Of a stretch of DNA of 63,807 nt, positions 17,247 through 27,783 are shown in pieces. The DNA is from Bacteroidales bacterium (GTDB lineage: Bacteria; Bacteroidota; Bacteroidia; Bacteroidales; VadinHA17): assembly GCA_025358645.1 (NCBI GenBank), contig JANYIW010000189.1, positions 1-63,807 of the forward strand, in the 5' to 3' direction. The notes below the pieces were generated by a model. It was not told where the DNA came from, ran no database searches, and was given only the letters and a program-made list of their open reading frames with translations. Within the stretch, counting starts at the first letter, position 1. Each line of letters begins with the position of its first letter. The position numbers were made by a program, and so were the translations under genes.

Positions 17247-18590
17247 ATGAAAAAGGTAACCCTATCTGCTCTAATATTAATACTCCTGTTATCTGGTTGT
17301 GGTTCTTCAAATAACGGGGAGTTGACTGGCGTTCAGGGGCGTAAAAAATTCTTTGAGCCGGAACCCTTTGAAATGGCATTTATTCCTGCCGGGAATTTTA
17401 TTATGGGACCAAGCGATCAGGATGCCGTATGGGCAATGAACAGTATATCAAAATCTGTTACTGTTGATGCTTTCTGGATGGACCAGACTGAAATCACCAA
17501 TAACAAATATCGTCAGTTTGTTTACTATGTCCGCGATTCTATCCTCAGAACAAAACTGGGCGGTGCAAGTGTACCTGACAGGGAATATTTTTTAGCTGAC
17601 AAGGATGGAAACGTAATCGAACCAAATGTGATTAACTGGGAAGAAAAAATAAACCCCGAAGAAGAAACCACAAAGGCTACCCTCGAAGAGATGTATTATC
17701 CACCTGAAGAAAGATTTAACGGAAAAAAACAGGTTGATGTCAGAAAACTGAACTATTCATATTTCTGGGTTGATTATCAACAGGCTGCCAAATCATCTTA
17801 CAAATACGATTACGCAAGTAATACAGGTAAATACCAGGGTCAGGTAACAAATATTGACGGTACCCGTACAGATGTAAAAGACCGTTCCTCTTTTATCAAA
17901 CATAATATCATAAATATTTATCCCGATACGCTATGTTGGATACGTGATTTTACATATTCATTCAACGATCCTCAGGCATCACTTTATTTCTGGCATCCCT
18001 CTTTTGATGATTACCCGGTTGTAGGCGTGTCATGGGTACAGGCAACTGCATTCAGTATCTGGAGGACAAACTACATGAACACTGCACTAAGAAAGAATGG
18101 AGTAGCTGATGTGCATGGATACAGGCTGCCACTGGAAACAGAATGGGAATATGCAGCAAGAGGAGGCCTTGATCTTTCAATGTATCCATGGGGCGGTCCA
18201 TATACCCGAAACTACAAAGGATGCTTTCTTGCTAACTTCAAACCATTACGTGGCAATTATATTGACGACGGAAACGTATATGCAGGAAAAGTGGGTTCTT
18301 ATGAACCAAACGAATACGGATTGTACGATATGTCCGGAAACGTTTCCGAATGGACATGTTGCGCATACCATCCTTCAGCTTATATCTTCCAGCATGATCT
18401 TCAGCCAAACTATGAATATAATGCCAAACCACAGGATCCTCCTGTTTTGAAAAGGAAGGTAATCCGTGGCGGTTCATGGAAAGACATTGCATATTTTCTT
18501 CAGACAAGCGCAAGAGATTTTGAATATCAGGACTCCACAAAATCTTATGTCGGTTTCCGTAATGTCAGATCTTATATTGGTATAAATTAA
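17247..18590 (+). CDS. gldK: gliding motility / T9SS lipoprotein GldK (PorK)
   Basis: 447 aa. Lipobox LLLSGC and an FGE-sulfatase (SUMF1) fold with motifs YRLPLETEWEYAARGG, GNVSEW and RGGSW. Confidence 0.9.
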   Translation: MKKVTLSALILILLLSGCGSSNNGELTGVQGRKKFFEPEPFEMAFIPAGNFIMGPSDQDAVWAMNSISKSVTVDAFWMDQTEITNNKYRQFVYYVRDSILRTKLGGASVPDREYFLADKDGNVIEPNVINWEEKINPEEETTKATLEEMYYPPEERFNGKKQVDVRKLNYSYFWVDYQQAAKSSYKYDYASNTGKYQGQVTNIDGTRTDVKDRSSFIKHNIINIYPDTLCWIRDFTYSFNDPQASLYFWHPSFDDYPVVGVSWVQATAFSIWRTNYMNTALRKNGVADVHGYRLPLETEWEYAARGGLDLSMYPWGGPYTRNYKGCFLANFKPLRGNYIDDGNVYAGKVGSYEPNEYGLYDMSGNVSEWTCCAYHPSAYIFQHDLQPNYEYNAKPQDPPVLKRKVIRGGSWKDIAYFLQTSARDFEYQDSTKSYVGFRNVRSYIGIN

Positions 18591-18620
18591 TTAGAATTAA
18601 CCCTAAAATAATCAGGTAAT

Positions 18621-19508
18621 ATGAGCCTAGCAGAATTAGTACAAAGCAGCGGGTGGAAAAATTTCATCGCTAAACTATATGGTTTAGGTGCTTCCGTAGT
18701 TATAATTGGCGCATTGTTTAAAATACAACATTGGCGCATGGCAGGAACCATGCTTACTATTGGTCTTCTTACTGAAGCAGTAATCTTTTTCTTTTCAGCA
18801 TTTGAACCATTACATGAAGAGACTGACTGGTCATTGGTATATCCTGAGCTTGCTGGTATTCCGGAAGATGAGACACCCGAGCTTGCATCACATGGAGGAA
18901 AATACCATGGCGGCGGTTCTGGTGGTAGCGGTGGTTATGGTGGTGGCGCCGGATCAGTTGCCCTCTCTAAATTTGATGAGATGCTTGAGAAAGCAGAGAT
19001 CTCTCCTGAATTGTTCCAGAAACTGGGAGTCGGAATGAAAAAACTTAGCGAATCAACTGCAAACATGAATACTATGGGAGATGTTTCCGCAGCTTCTTCG
19101 AAATATATGAATACCATTAATACCGCTAATGATTCACTCGGGAAACTGACAGATTCATACCAGTCAACAACAAGATTAATAAATGAAACCAGCTCTTCAT
19201 ACCGCACTATGGCTGAATCATTATCAGTTATTGAAATAGGTGGAAAATCATATCAACAACAACTTGAATCACTTAACAAAAACCTATCTGCACTTAATGC
19301 TGTTTACGAACTGCAGCGTAAAGGAGCAGACAATCATCTTAAAGAATCCGATTCACTCTATATAGGAATTCAAGGTTTAATGAAAGATCTTTCAGAATCC
19401 GCCGGAGATACTAAAAAGTACCGCGAACAGATAACAAAGCTCAACGAAAACCTTTCCTCATTGAACAATGTCTATGGAAATATGCTCGCAGCTATGAATG
19501 TTAAATAA
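18621..19508 (+). CDS. gldL: gliding motility / T9SS protein GldL (PorL)
   Basis: 295 aa with two N-terminal TM helices (..GALFKIQHW...GLLTEAVIFFFSAFEP), a Gly-rich linker HGGKYHGGGSGGSGGYGGGAGS and a coiled-coil-like tail. Operon position matches. Confidence 0.85.
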   Translation: MSLAELVQSSGWKNFIAKLYGLGASVVIIGALFKIQHWRMAGTMLTIGLLTEAVIFFFSAFEPLHEETDWSLVYPELAGIPEDETPELASHGGKYHGGGSGGSGGYGGGAGSVALSKFDEMLEKAEISPELFQKLGVGMKKLSESTANMNTMGDVSAASSKYMNTINTANDSLGKLTDSYQSTTRLINETSSSYRTMAESLSVIEIGGKSYQQQLESLNKNLSALNAVYELQRKGADNHLKESDSLYIGIQGLMKDLSESAGDTKKYREQITKLNENLSSLNNVYGNMLAAMNVK

Positions 19509-19543
19509 CGTGGCTTTTTTTATCTAACTAAACTAATTACAAA

Positions 19544-21142
19544 ATGGCTCACGAAAAGCTATCTCCGCGGCAAAAGATGATCGGTATGATGTACCTGGTG
19601 CTTACCGCTATGCTTGCACTAAACGTTTCAAAGGAGGCTATTGAGGCATTCAAGAAAGTTGACATGGGTCTTACTCAGACGATCGCGAATTACACCCTCA
19701 AGAATGATGTAATATATAAAGAATTCGACAGGGCTGCCTCCGAAAACCCTGCAAAAGCCGGAAAATACAAAACTGCGGCATATCAGGTTAAAGACAGGGC
19801 CGATGAAGCATTTAATTTTATTCAGGGTCTTAAGATCGAAATAATCAAAAAAGCCGAAAAAGATCCCGAAACTCCAGCTGTAAAAGGAAATGAGGTTATT
19901 ATTGAAGAAGTGAAAAGGATTGATGATACTAATGTACCATCTGAAGTTATGATTGGCGCTAACGAAAATGGAAAAGCCAATGACCTGAAGGCTCTGCTTA
20001 TCGACTATCGCCAGTTTCTTATCACTACTCTTGAAGGTAAGAATCCTACGGCAGAAGAAGCTCTGAAAACCAGTCTTAAAACCGATGACGGGAAAAATAA
20101 AGATGGGGAAACAGAACGATGGGAGAACCTGAACTTCCAGACATTACCGCTTGTTGCAGTTATTTGTATCCTTTCAGAATATCAGCTCAATGTAAGAAAC
20201 GCGGAAACTGAAGTTCTTAACTATCTCTATACTCAGATTGATGCCTCTTCGTTCAAATTTAACAAACTAACACCAATCGTTATCCCAAATTCAAACTACG
20301 TTACCCTGGGAAGTGAATACCAGGCCCAGGTATTTATTTCTGCAACAGATACTACCCAAAAGCCTGTCATTACAGTTGGAGGAAATGCACTCGAACTTGA
20401 TGAAAGCGGGAAGGGGATTTATAAAGTACATGCTTCCGCAACAGGCCCTAAAAAATGGGGTGGGATAATCGCACTGAAAGCGCCTAACGGTTCAATTAAA
20501 AACTACTCCTTCGAATCTTCTTATGTTGTTGGTGAACCAAATGTTATTGTCTCCGCCACTGCAATGAATGTTATGTATTATGGTATTAATAACCCAATTG
20601 ACGTCTCTGTTCCTGGCATCAGTCCTGATAAATTAAAAATTAAGGTTGTGAACGGAACTTTCTCAACGGGAAAAGTTAAAAACTCCAAAGGAGAAAGTTT
20701 CAAAGGCGCCTGGGCAGTCAAACCAAATGCTGTAGGACAGAATGTTCAGGTAATTGTAACAGCTGATATTAATGGCAAACCGGTTCAGTATGCTCCTTAC
20801 GATTTCAGGGTAAAATCAATACCAAATCCGGTGGCAATTTTTGCTAATAAAAGCACAGGTACAGTTCCAAGGGCTACTGCCGCGGCACAACAGGGTGTAT
20901 TTGCAATATTACCCGATTTCGACTTTGATCTTCAATACACAGTTACCGGATTTACAGTCCTTTACTCTGATAAGGGTTCCGATTTTGAAGAATCCAGCAC
21001 AAACAGTAACCTGACTTCCAAACAAAAAGATCTGATCGGCAGACTTACCAGAGGTAAAAACTTAATTATTAAAGATATTAAAGCGCTTGGGCCTGATGGC
21101 AGAACGAAGGAACTTCTGCCTGTAATATTGAAGATTGATTAA
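19544..21142 (+). CDS. gldM: gliding motility / T9SS protein GldM (PorM)
   Basis: 532 aa. The N-terminus [27 protein letters not shown] is characteristic of GldM. Confidence 0.9.
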   Translation: MAHEKLSPRQKMIGMMYLVLTAMLALNVSKEAIEAFKKVDMGLTQTIANYTLKNDVIYKEFDRAASENPAKAGKYKTAAYQVKDRADEAFNFIQGLKIEIIKKAEKDPETPAVKGNEVIIEEVKRIDDTNVPSEVMIGANENGKANDLKALLIDYRQFLITTLEGKNPTAEEALKTSLKTDDGKNKDGETERWENLNFQTLPLVAVICILSEYQLNVRNAETEVLNYLYTQIDASSFKFNKLTPIVIPNSNYVTLGSEYQAQVFISATDTTQKPVITVGGNALELDESGKGIYKVHASATGPKKWGGIIALKAPNGSIKNYSFESSYVVGEPNVIVSATAMNVMYYGINNPIDVSVPGISPDKLKIKVVNGTFSTGKVKNSKGESFKGAWAVKPNAVGQNVQVIVTADINGKPVQYAPYDFRVKSIPNPVAIFANKSTGTVPRATAAAQQGVFAILPDFDFDLQYTVTGFTVLYSDKGSDFEESSTNSNLTSKQKDLIGRLTRGKNLIIKDIKALGPDGRTKELLPVILKID

Positions 21143-21162
21143 TATCAAAATATATAACCATC

Positions 21163-21984
21163 ATGAATAAAAAAATTCTTTTTGGAATTATAGGGCTCTC
21201 ACTTTCAGGCATCGTAAATGCCCAGAGTTTCGGGGATATTTACAAAAAATCGATTGTGGATGCCAAAAAAATTGAATACCCATATCTAAATGAGTCCGAT
21301 GTTATTTGGGCCAAATTTTACTACCGCATGATCGATCTGCGCGAAAAGATTAATCAACCATTATACTATCCGATAGAGACGACTCTCGATGGAAGAAAAA
21401 GTTTTATCCGCATATTACTGGATGAGATCAAAGCCGGCAGGCTTACAGCTTACGACCCTCTCAACACGGCTGTCAGTACCACCTATAATGATATAGAAGT
21501 TAAAATGGGAGCTGTTACCAAGACTGAATCAGTAATGGTAAATGCTACGCAATCACATGATACTACAATTAAGCAGGATGCAAAACCAGAGGAGGTGAAG
21601 CAACTTATGCTTTACGAAGAATGGTATTTTGATAAGAAACTCTCCAAACTCGATGTAAGAATAATTGCTATCGAACCATATTATATGGCCTTTGATGACC
21701 AGGCCGGTAGAATTCTTAAAAAGCCTTTGTTCTGGATCAAATATGATGAAGTAAGGGATGCCCTCGCGAAAAATGAAGTATTCATGAATAATAATGATGC
21801 TCAGAGAATTTCATTTGATGATTTGTTTATGCAACGCCGGTTCGGGGGCGTAATCGCCGGTGAATCAAATGTATATGACGATAGGAGAATCAATCAATAC
21901 GAGATTGGAAAAGCTTCACTGTTTGAAGCTGAACGTATTAAGACCGAACTATTCAACTTTGAACACGATCTTTGGGAATACTAA
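21163..21984 (+). CDS. gldN: gliding motility / T9SS protein GldN (PorN)
   Basis: 273 aa with a signal peptide. It is the last gene of the K-L-M-N order, and the sequence [18 protein letters not shown] fits GldN. Confidence 0.8.
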   Translation: MNKKILFGIIGLSLSGIVNAQSFGDIYKKSIVDAKKIEYPYLNESDVIWAKFYYRMIDLREKINQPLYYPIETTLDGRKSFIRILLDEIKAGRLTAYDPLNTAVSTTYNDIEVKMGAVTKTESVMVNATQSHDTTIKQDAKPEEVKQLMLYEEWYFDKKLSKLDVRIIAIEPYYMAFDDQAGRILKKPLFWIKYDEVRDALAKNEVFMNNNDAQRISFDDLFMQRRFGGVIAGESNVYDDRRINQYEIGKASLFEAERIKTELFNFEHDLWEY

Positions 21985-22040
21985 GCGGACGAATAGCCCC
22001 CTGCGGAGGCTTTAAAATATCAAACTGTTAAAATAAGAAA

Positions 22041-22073
22041 AGAGGCTAAAATGAAAACAGCCTCTTTTTTTTA
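22041..22073 (+). terminator. Rho-independent terminator after gldN (shared with convergent manC)
   Basis: The stem agaggct (22041-22047) pairs with agcctct (22059-22065), followed by a T-run at 22066-22072. An A-rich stretch upstream could serve the opposite strand. Confidence 0.8.
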
Positions 22074-22075
22074 TT

Positions 22076-23161
22076 TTATACAAACTTTTCTTTTGTTGAT
22101 TTCTTTACATCCTCAAGATATTTTTTTATATTTTGTTCTTCATCTTTCTTAACAATCAGAAGGACATTTTCTGAGTCTACAACAATATAGTCTTTGAGTC
22201 CCTGAATAACAGCTATTTTCCCGGGTGAAATATTAAATATATTCCCTTTACTCTCGTACGAAAATATATCCCCTCTTATTAATGAGTTTCCATTTTTATC
22301 AACTGAGGAATGCTCTTGAAGTGAGCTCCATGTTCCCAGATCCGACCAGCCTATATCTGTACACATAACATATACATTATCAGCCTTTTCCATTATCCCA
22401 TAATCAATTGAGATACTTCTGCATTCAGCATAAGTAGTTCCTATAAAACTCTTTTCCTGCTTTGTCCCAAACATATCTCTGCCTTCATCAAATACATTAT
22501 ACATATCCGGCATGTGCGTCTCAAAGGCTTTAAGGATTGACTTAATATTCCATATAAAGATCCCCGAATTCCAATAAAAATCACCACTTTCAATAAAGAC
22601 TTTTGCAAGGTCAATATCTGGTTTTTCCGTAAACGTCTTAACCTTCAGCAGGTTTCCAAATCCTTTAACAGGTTTCTTCCGGTCGGCCTGTATGTAACCA
22701 TATCCGGTCTCCGGCCTGTCGGGTTTTATTCCGAGAGTAATCAGAGCATCATTCCCTTCTGCAAAATCAAAGCATTTTTGTATTACATCACAGAATTCTT
22801 CCTCTTTAACAATCAGATGATCAGCGGGTGTGACTGCAATTACAGCATTCGGATTTTCCTTTAAAATCCTGAATGTTCCATAAGCAAGACATGGCGCTGT
22901 ATTTCGGCGAAAAGGCTCTCCCAGAACACGTGATGGATCTATACCCAGTTGTTCTATCACCATTTCTTTATGTTCAGCATTTGTAACTACAAATATGTTT
23001 TCCTCAGAGCAACTTTTCTTAAATCTCCTGTATGTCTGCTGTATCAGGGTCTCTCCTCTTCCAATAATATCAAGAAATTGCTTTGGTCTTTCACTACGGC
23101 TAAGAGGCCAGAAACGACTTCCTACCCCTCCTGCCATTATAATAACATACCTGTTATCCAT
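22076..23161 (-). CDS. manC: mannose-1-phosphate guanylyltransferase
   Basis: 361 aa. IIMAGGVGSRFWPLSR nucleotidyltransferase loop, then YGYI and a C-terminal left-handed-helix-like region. Confidence 0.85.
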   Translation of the reverse strand: MDNRYVIIMAGGVGSRFWPLSRSERPKQFLDIIGRGETLIQQTYRRFKKSCSEENIFVVTNAEHKEMVIEQLGIDPSRVLGEPFRRNTAPCLAYGTFRILKENPNAVIAVTPADHLIVKEEEFCDVIQKCFDFAEGNDALITLGIKPDRPETGYGYIQADRKKPVKGFGNLLKVKTFTEKPDIDLAKVFIESGDFYWNSGIFIWNIKSILKAFETHMPDMYNVFDEGRDMFGTKQEKSFIGTTYAECRSISIDYGIMEKADNVYVMCTDIGWSDLGTWSSLQEHSSVDKNGNSLIRGDIFSYESKGNIFNISPGKIAVIQGLKDYIVVDSENVLLIVKKDEEQNIKKYLEDVKKSTKEKFV

Positions 23162-23283
23162 AAGAAATATTTTTTATAACAATTTATGCAAATATATAAT
23201 TTATAATGCATATAGGTAGTAAAAACCTTATTAACGGAAATACCATAAATATTAGTAATTTTAAGGCGCCTAAAAATAAAAGA

Positions 23284-24027
23284 ATGATTAAATTCCTTAC
23301 ACAGTTCGGGCTTTACTTCCTGCTCCTGAAGAAGGTATTTTCAAAACCGGAAAAACCTTCTCTTTATTTCAAACAAACCATGAGCGAATTTGTAAATCTG
23401 GGACTGAATTCAATTGGCATAATTGCTATTATCTGCTTTTTTATGGGAGCAGTTATTACACTTCAAACTGCGTATAATACAGAAAATCCCATATACCCTA
23501 AATACCTTATTGGCCTGGGTTGCCGCGATTCCATGATCCTTGAGTTTTCTTCAACGATCGCCGCACTGATCCTTGCCGGGAAAGTAGGTTCTAACATTGC
23601 AGCCGAAATTGGAACAATGAGAGTTACAGAACAAATAGATGCTCTTGAGATTATGGGGGTCAATTCTGCTTCGTACCTTATTCTTCCAAAAATAATTGCT
23701 ACACTCCTCTTTAATCCGATACTTACACTTATTGGCATAATTGTCGGGATTTTTGGAGGATGGATTGCCGGTACCTTTGCCGGTGTGATAACTTCAGAGA
23801 ATTTTATTTATGGAATTCAATATGCATTCATACCCTATTATATTGTATACTCATTGATAAAAACGGTATTCTTTGCCTTCATAATTACAACTGTTTCATC
23901 CTTTCAGGGATATTATGTCGCCGGCGGATCACTTGAAGTAGGGAGGGCCAGCACAAAAGCTGTTGTTTACAGCAGTGTATTAATATTACTTTTCAATGTA
24001 ATACTGACTCAAATTCTGCTGTCATGA
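23284..24027 (+). CDS. MlaE-family ABC transporter permease
   Basis: The ORF spans 23206..24027. ATG 23284 (MIKFLTQFG...) is preferred. The motifs MRVTEQIDALEIMG and VGRASTKAVV are typical of MlaE/Ttg2B. Confidence 0.8.
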   Translation: MIKFLTQFGLYFLLLKKVFSKPEKPSLYFKQTMSEFVNLGLNSIGIIAIICFFMGAVITLQTAYNTENPIYPKYLIGLGCRDSMILEFSSTIAALILAGKVGSNIAAEIGTMRVTEQIDALEIMGVNSASYLILPKIIATLLFNPILTLIGIIVGIFGGWIAGTFAGVITSENFIYGIQYAFIPYYIVYSLIKTVFFAFIITTVSSFQGYYVAGGSLEVGRASTKAVVYSSVLILLFNVILTQILLS

Positions 24028-24779
24028 TCAGAGTTATAAATCTGAATAAATCGTTTAATGGGAAGGCTGTCCTGGAGAATATCTCGGTAACATTCGAAAC
24101 AGGCAAAACAAACCTTATCATAGGAAGAAGCGGGTCAGGCAAAACAGTACTGCTTAAATCGATTGTCGGTCTTCATGAGATAGAAAGCGGTGAGATCTGG
24201 TATGAGGACACATTATTTAATACGCTCGATTTTAAAGGGAAAAAAATGATCCGGACCGAGATGGGTATGTTATTCCAGGGAAGTGCATTATTTGATTCAT
24301 TGACGGTTGAACAGAATGTAATGTTTCCTCTTGATATGTTTACTGATCAGACATCTGAAGAGAAAATTGAAAGAGTAAATTTTTGTCTCAACAGAGTAAA
24401 CATCATCAATGCTAACAATCTGTTCCCCTCTGAATTATCGGGTGGTATGAAGAAAAGAGTTGCAATAGCAAGAGCAATAGCTCTGAATCCAAAGTATCTC
24501 TTTTGCGATGAACCCAATTCCGGACTCGACCCAATTACTGCAATACTGATCGATGCACTCATCAAAGAACTCACAGAAGAGTATTCAATGACAACAATAG
24601 TAAATACTCACGATATGAATTCCGTTATGGAGATCGGAGAAAAAATCATTTTTATAAGCGACGGGGTTAAATGCTGGGAAGGGAATAAAAACGATATTCT
24701 CAATTCAGACTGTGAAATACTTAACGATTTTGTATTTGCAAATTCTCTTGCTAAAAAGCTCAGATCCGCAAACAAATAA
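24024..24779 (+). CDS. ABC transporter ATP-binding protein (MlaF-like)
   Basis: 251 aa. Walker A GRSGSGKT, signature LSGGMKKRV, Walker B LFCDEPNSGLD. It overlaps the permease gene by 4 nt. Confidence 0.85.
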   Translation: MIRVINLNKSFNGKAVLENISVTFETGKTNLIIGRSGSGKTVLLKSIVGLHEIESGEIWYEDTLFNTLDFKGKKMIRTEMGMLFQGSALFDSLTVEQNVMFPLDMFTDQTSEEKIERVNFCLNRVNIINANNLFPSELSGGMKKRVAIARAIALNPKYLFCDEPNSGLDPITAILIDALIKELTEEYSMTTIVNTHDMNSVMEIGEKIIFISDGVKCWEGNKNDILNSDCEILNDFVFANSLAKKLRSANK

Positions 24780-24977
24780 TCATTTTTTCAATTTCTTAAT
24801 CTCCTCGTAATCGATATATTCACCTACCTCCTTCGAAACTTTCTTTTGAGGAACTTTATCCTTGTTAACCGCTTTGTGTTTGTCACCTGAAGATTTATCT
24901 TCCTGCCCAAATTTAACGAAAGACCTGATTAACAGGTAACCTATTACGCATATTAATAAATAACGAATCAATATCAT
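24780..24977 (-). CDS. small membrane protein (DUF4834-like)
   Basis: 65 aa: one N-terminal TM helix, a Lys-rich linker and GEYIDYEEIK near the C-terminus, a pattern I recall for DUF4834. Confidence 0.45.
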   Translation of the reverse strand: MILIRYLLICVIGYLLIRSFVKFGQEDKSSGDKHKAVNKDKVPQKKVSKEVGEYIDYEEIKKLKK

Positions 24978-25030
24978 TGTTAAAATTATTAATCTGGTTT
25001 CATGTTATAATTTTTCCATATTGATCCCTT

Positions 25031-25141
25031 ACTCTCACCCCCATCCCCCTAAAGGGGGCTAACTCTCACAATTACAGTATATTTTGTCTGATTTCCAATG
25101 AATTAATCCCCATTAAGGGGAAAGTCCTGCCTCATCGGGAC
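25031..25141. repeat. cluster of three GC-rich mini-hairpins, the first bracketed by an 8-bp direct repeat
   Basis: ACTCTCAC occurs at 25031-25038 and 25062-25069, flanking CCCCCTAAAGGGGG (25045-25058). TCCCCATTAAGGGGA lies at 25107-25121, and GTCC..GGAC at 25124-25141. Confidence 0.75.
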
Positions 25142-25152
25142 AGGGGGTCGCC

Positions 25153-26625
25153 TTATTCCACCAGAATCATTGGCTTGTCATTCTTTTTCTTGATCCTGTT
25201 CCCGAAAACCAGATTCATTCCTAATCTTAAATTAATAGTATTCCAGTTTGCCGGAACCATAACATTACTCTTATCATTCTGTATTTTATTCCACATTATA
25301 GGAATTCTGTCACTAAGCAGGTAGAACTGAATTATTCCTGCTCTGAAAGCCAACCCTGCACCAAGATTATCGTAACGATGATTTTCAGCTGTATAGCTTA
25401 TACTCGTAGATAATGCATTGCCCAGATTTAAATTGGCCGATAAAGTAAGGGCTTCACGTAACTGTTTACCTATTATTCTGCTGTATGACAGTAAGCCTAC
25501 AGAGAATCTCTTAGTAACACTATAACTCCCACCTAAGGAAATACCGAATGGAAGATAAGTAGTAAAGGGCGCTTTTGTGTTGGAAACCTTAAATGCGTTT
25601 TTAAGAGAATCCAGCATATCTTTTCCAACTTCATCAATGGTTTTTGTGCCATTAAAAACATCGAGCATGTTTAAGCCGCTAAATTTAAACTGGTTAGAGG
25701 CTTTCAGGTTGGTAACATCATTTTTCCACCTGATAAAACCCAAGTCAGTAACCGATGCCGAAAGAATAATCCTGTCAGTTAAATCGAACGTGGCGCCGAT
25801 ATCCAGACCAAGACCTATATTCTTTTTCCCTGAAAAGAAGTCAGTTGCTCCGGCCGATGTCTTATACTTGTTATCATCAAAAACCACACTTTCGACATTA
25901 TGTTCTGAATTCATAATAACATTGACCGGACCACTCATATTAACAGTCAGGTTGGCATCGAGGGTATGACTATAATCATCATTTATGGTTATCCCTAATG
26001 ATTTGTTATCAATAGAGGCAGCAGCAATACCAAATAACAGTTTTCCTTTTATACCAATCCTCAGTTTATCAGTAAAATTTCTTGAGAAGCCCACTCCAAA
26101 TTCATGGTAATATTTTATATCTCCTCTTAACGAGGACAAATCTATTTTCTTCCCGGCAAAACCTTCATTTCCCTTTAGAGCGAGTCTGAAAAGGTCCCCC
26201 GGCAGTACAATATTACTCTGAATACGTTCATTTATATCAAGAAAAACATACCCGTCATTCCCCACTGAAAATCCAACTCCTAAAAGTTGAACCGTAGTTT
26301 CCTGTTCCAGGGAATTCTTATTTTTTATCTTAGCCAGAAATTTATCTGGATTATAATCGGGATGAAGAAAGGATATTATTGAATCTTTAGGCTGACCCTT
26401 AATGAATACGTCCTTGAAGTTAACAAAATTATTGTTTATGTTCAGATTAATACCTGACATTCCCGGTAATCCTATATAGACTTTGTTAGATGGTCGTAGT
26501 GCAGGATTTAACAGATGGTTCTGAGGCAGATTCATAAAATACAATACCTGGCTGTTCTGAGCCGATGCGTCGGCAATGATAACTGTCAGTATTAATATCA
26601 GAATGTATTTTGTTTTCCCGGTCAT
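25153..26625 (-). CDS. hypothetical outer-membrane beta-barrel-like protein (DUF5723-like)
   Basis: 490 aa. Signal peptide (..IIADASAQ), alternating-hydrophobic beta-strand pattern throughout, and an aromatic-rich C-terminal region. The family label is from memory. Confidence 0.5.
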   Translation of the reverse strand: MTGKTKYILILILTVIIADASAQNSQVLYFMNLPQNHLLNPALRPSNKVYIGLPGMSGINLNINNNFVNFKDVFIKGQPKDSIISFLHPDYNPDKFLAKIKNKNSLEQETTVQLLGVGFSVGNDGYVFLDINERIQSNIVLPGDLFRLALKGNEGFAGKKIDLSSLRGDIKYYHEFGVGFSRNFTDKLRIGIKGKLLFGIAAASIDNKSLGITINDDYSHTLDANLTVNMSGPVNVIMNSEHNVESVVFDDNKYKTSAGATDFFSGKKNIGLGLDIGATFDLTDRIILSASVTDLGFIRWKNDVTNLKASNQFKFSGLNMLDVFNGTKTIDEVGKDMLDSLKNAFKVSNTKAPFTTYLPFGISLGGSYSVTKRFSVGLLSYSRIIGKQLREALTLSANLNLGNALSTSISYTAENHRYDNLGAGLAFRAGIIQFYLLSDRIPIMWNKIQNDKSNVMVPANWNTINLRLGMNLVFGNRIKKKNDKPMILVE

Positions 26626-26644
26626 ATTACTTGTTTATAGATGT

Positions 26645-27775
26645 TCACTTTAGTTTAATATCAGGTTTTACAACCAGTGCTGCATTGAAATTAATCCTGT
26701 AATCAGAATAAATCTTAACAATCTGGGACCCATTCCCTGTACTGTTGAGAGTAAAACGGAAGATAATCTTATCTGCTTTATTAACTGAGCTGAAGAACTC
26801 TTTATTAAATTCTATTTCTGTTGCGGTTTCCGTTACGCCAGTGACTTTGCCATTGCTGTCAACAGTTGCCGGGGCCAGTAAATCTGTTGCATCAACTGTG
26901 TTTTTAATAGTATTAGTGGCTGAATCATAGAGACTCATTTTAAGCGAAGCTCCAAGAGGGAATCCGTTTTTTGCAGAAAATATGACCCTCAGGAATTGAA
27001 AATCTTCAGGTTTCAATGGATTATCAGAATTCTTACTATCATCTTTTATAAAATTATCGAGAGTATCGGTAAACTGCAGGTTATTAATTTTTAATTCCAT
27101 CGGCACATCAATTTCGAGCGATCCAATGAGTCGTCCTGGTCCCGGAAAACTTACCCCTGAAGTAGTAACTGTTGCAGTGCCGGAATAGTTAATCACTTCA
27201 GGTGGAAGTGATATTAAAAGAGGTAAATTAGAATTAGTCTTATCTATGATATAAGAGGAAGTAATCACCTGTTGGACAGGGATATTTGGTTTGGCCAGAG
27301 TAAAAGGAGCCAGGTTGAGATCAACAGTATTATTTTTCCTCTTCCCCGTTGCTTTTAAATTTATTTTAACAGAATCAGTAAATGAGTTTGAATAATTGAA
27401 TTTTATTGAGGGGTTCGGGATCAGAAAATCTCCTGTGATATGGCTGAGAATATCATAAATATTCAAATCAAAAGTACCCGGATCAATTGTTGCAGTCATT
27501 ACCAGATTACCTTTTGCAAAATCAGTCAGTTTCAAATCAATAACTGAATCTTTTTTGAAGACAAATGTCACAAATTTGTTCTGATCGAATACAACAGTAT
27601 CGCTGGGCTTTACAACATCACTAAATGAGATGTCGCCTTTAACAGCAGATATCGCCAAAGTAGGTGAAATATGGGCTTTCTTTGAGAGCATTCTCATATT
27701 GTAAGTCTCTTTAATACAGCCGGTTATGACGAGTCCCATGATTATCAAAATATACAGTAATGATCGCTTTATCAT
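26645..27775 (-). CDS. hypothetical lipoprotein
   Basis: 376 aa with lipobox GLVITGC. No recognisable catalytic motif. It lies 19 nt upstream of the beta-barrel gene. Confidence 0.5.
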   Translation of the reverse strand: MIKRSLLYILIIMGLVITGCIKETYNMRMLSKKAHISPTLAISAVKGDISFSDVVKPSDTVVFDQNKFVTFVFKKDSVIDLKLTDFAKGNLVMTATIDPGTFDLNIYDILSHITGDFLIPNPSIKFNYSNSFTDSVKINLKATGKRKNNTVDLNLAPFTLAKPNIPVQQVITSSYIIDKTNSNLPLLISLPPEVINYSGTATVTTSGVSFPGPGRLIGSLEIDVPMELKINNLQFTDTLDNFIKDDSKNSDNPLKPEDFQFLRVIFSAKNGFPLGASLKMSLYDSATNTIKNTVDATDLLAPATVDSNGKVTGVTETATEIEFNKEFFSSVNKADKIIFRFTLNSTGNGSQIVKIYSDYRINFNAALVVKPDIKLK

Positions 27776-27783
27776 AATTTTTC

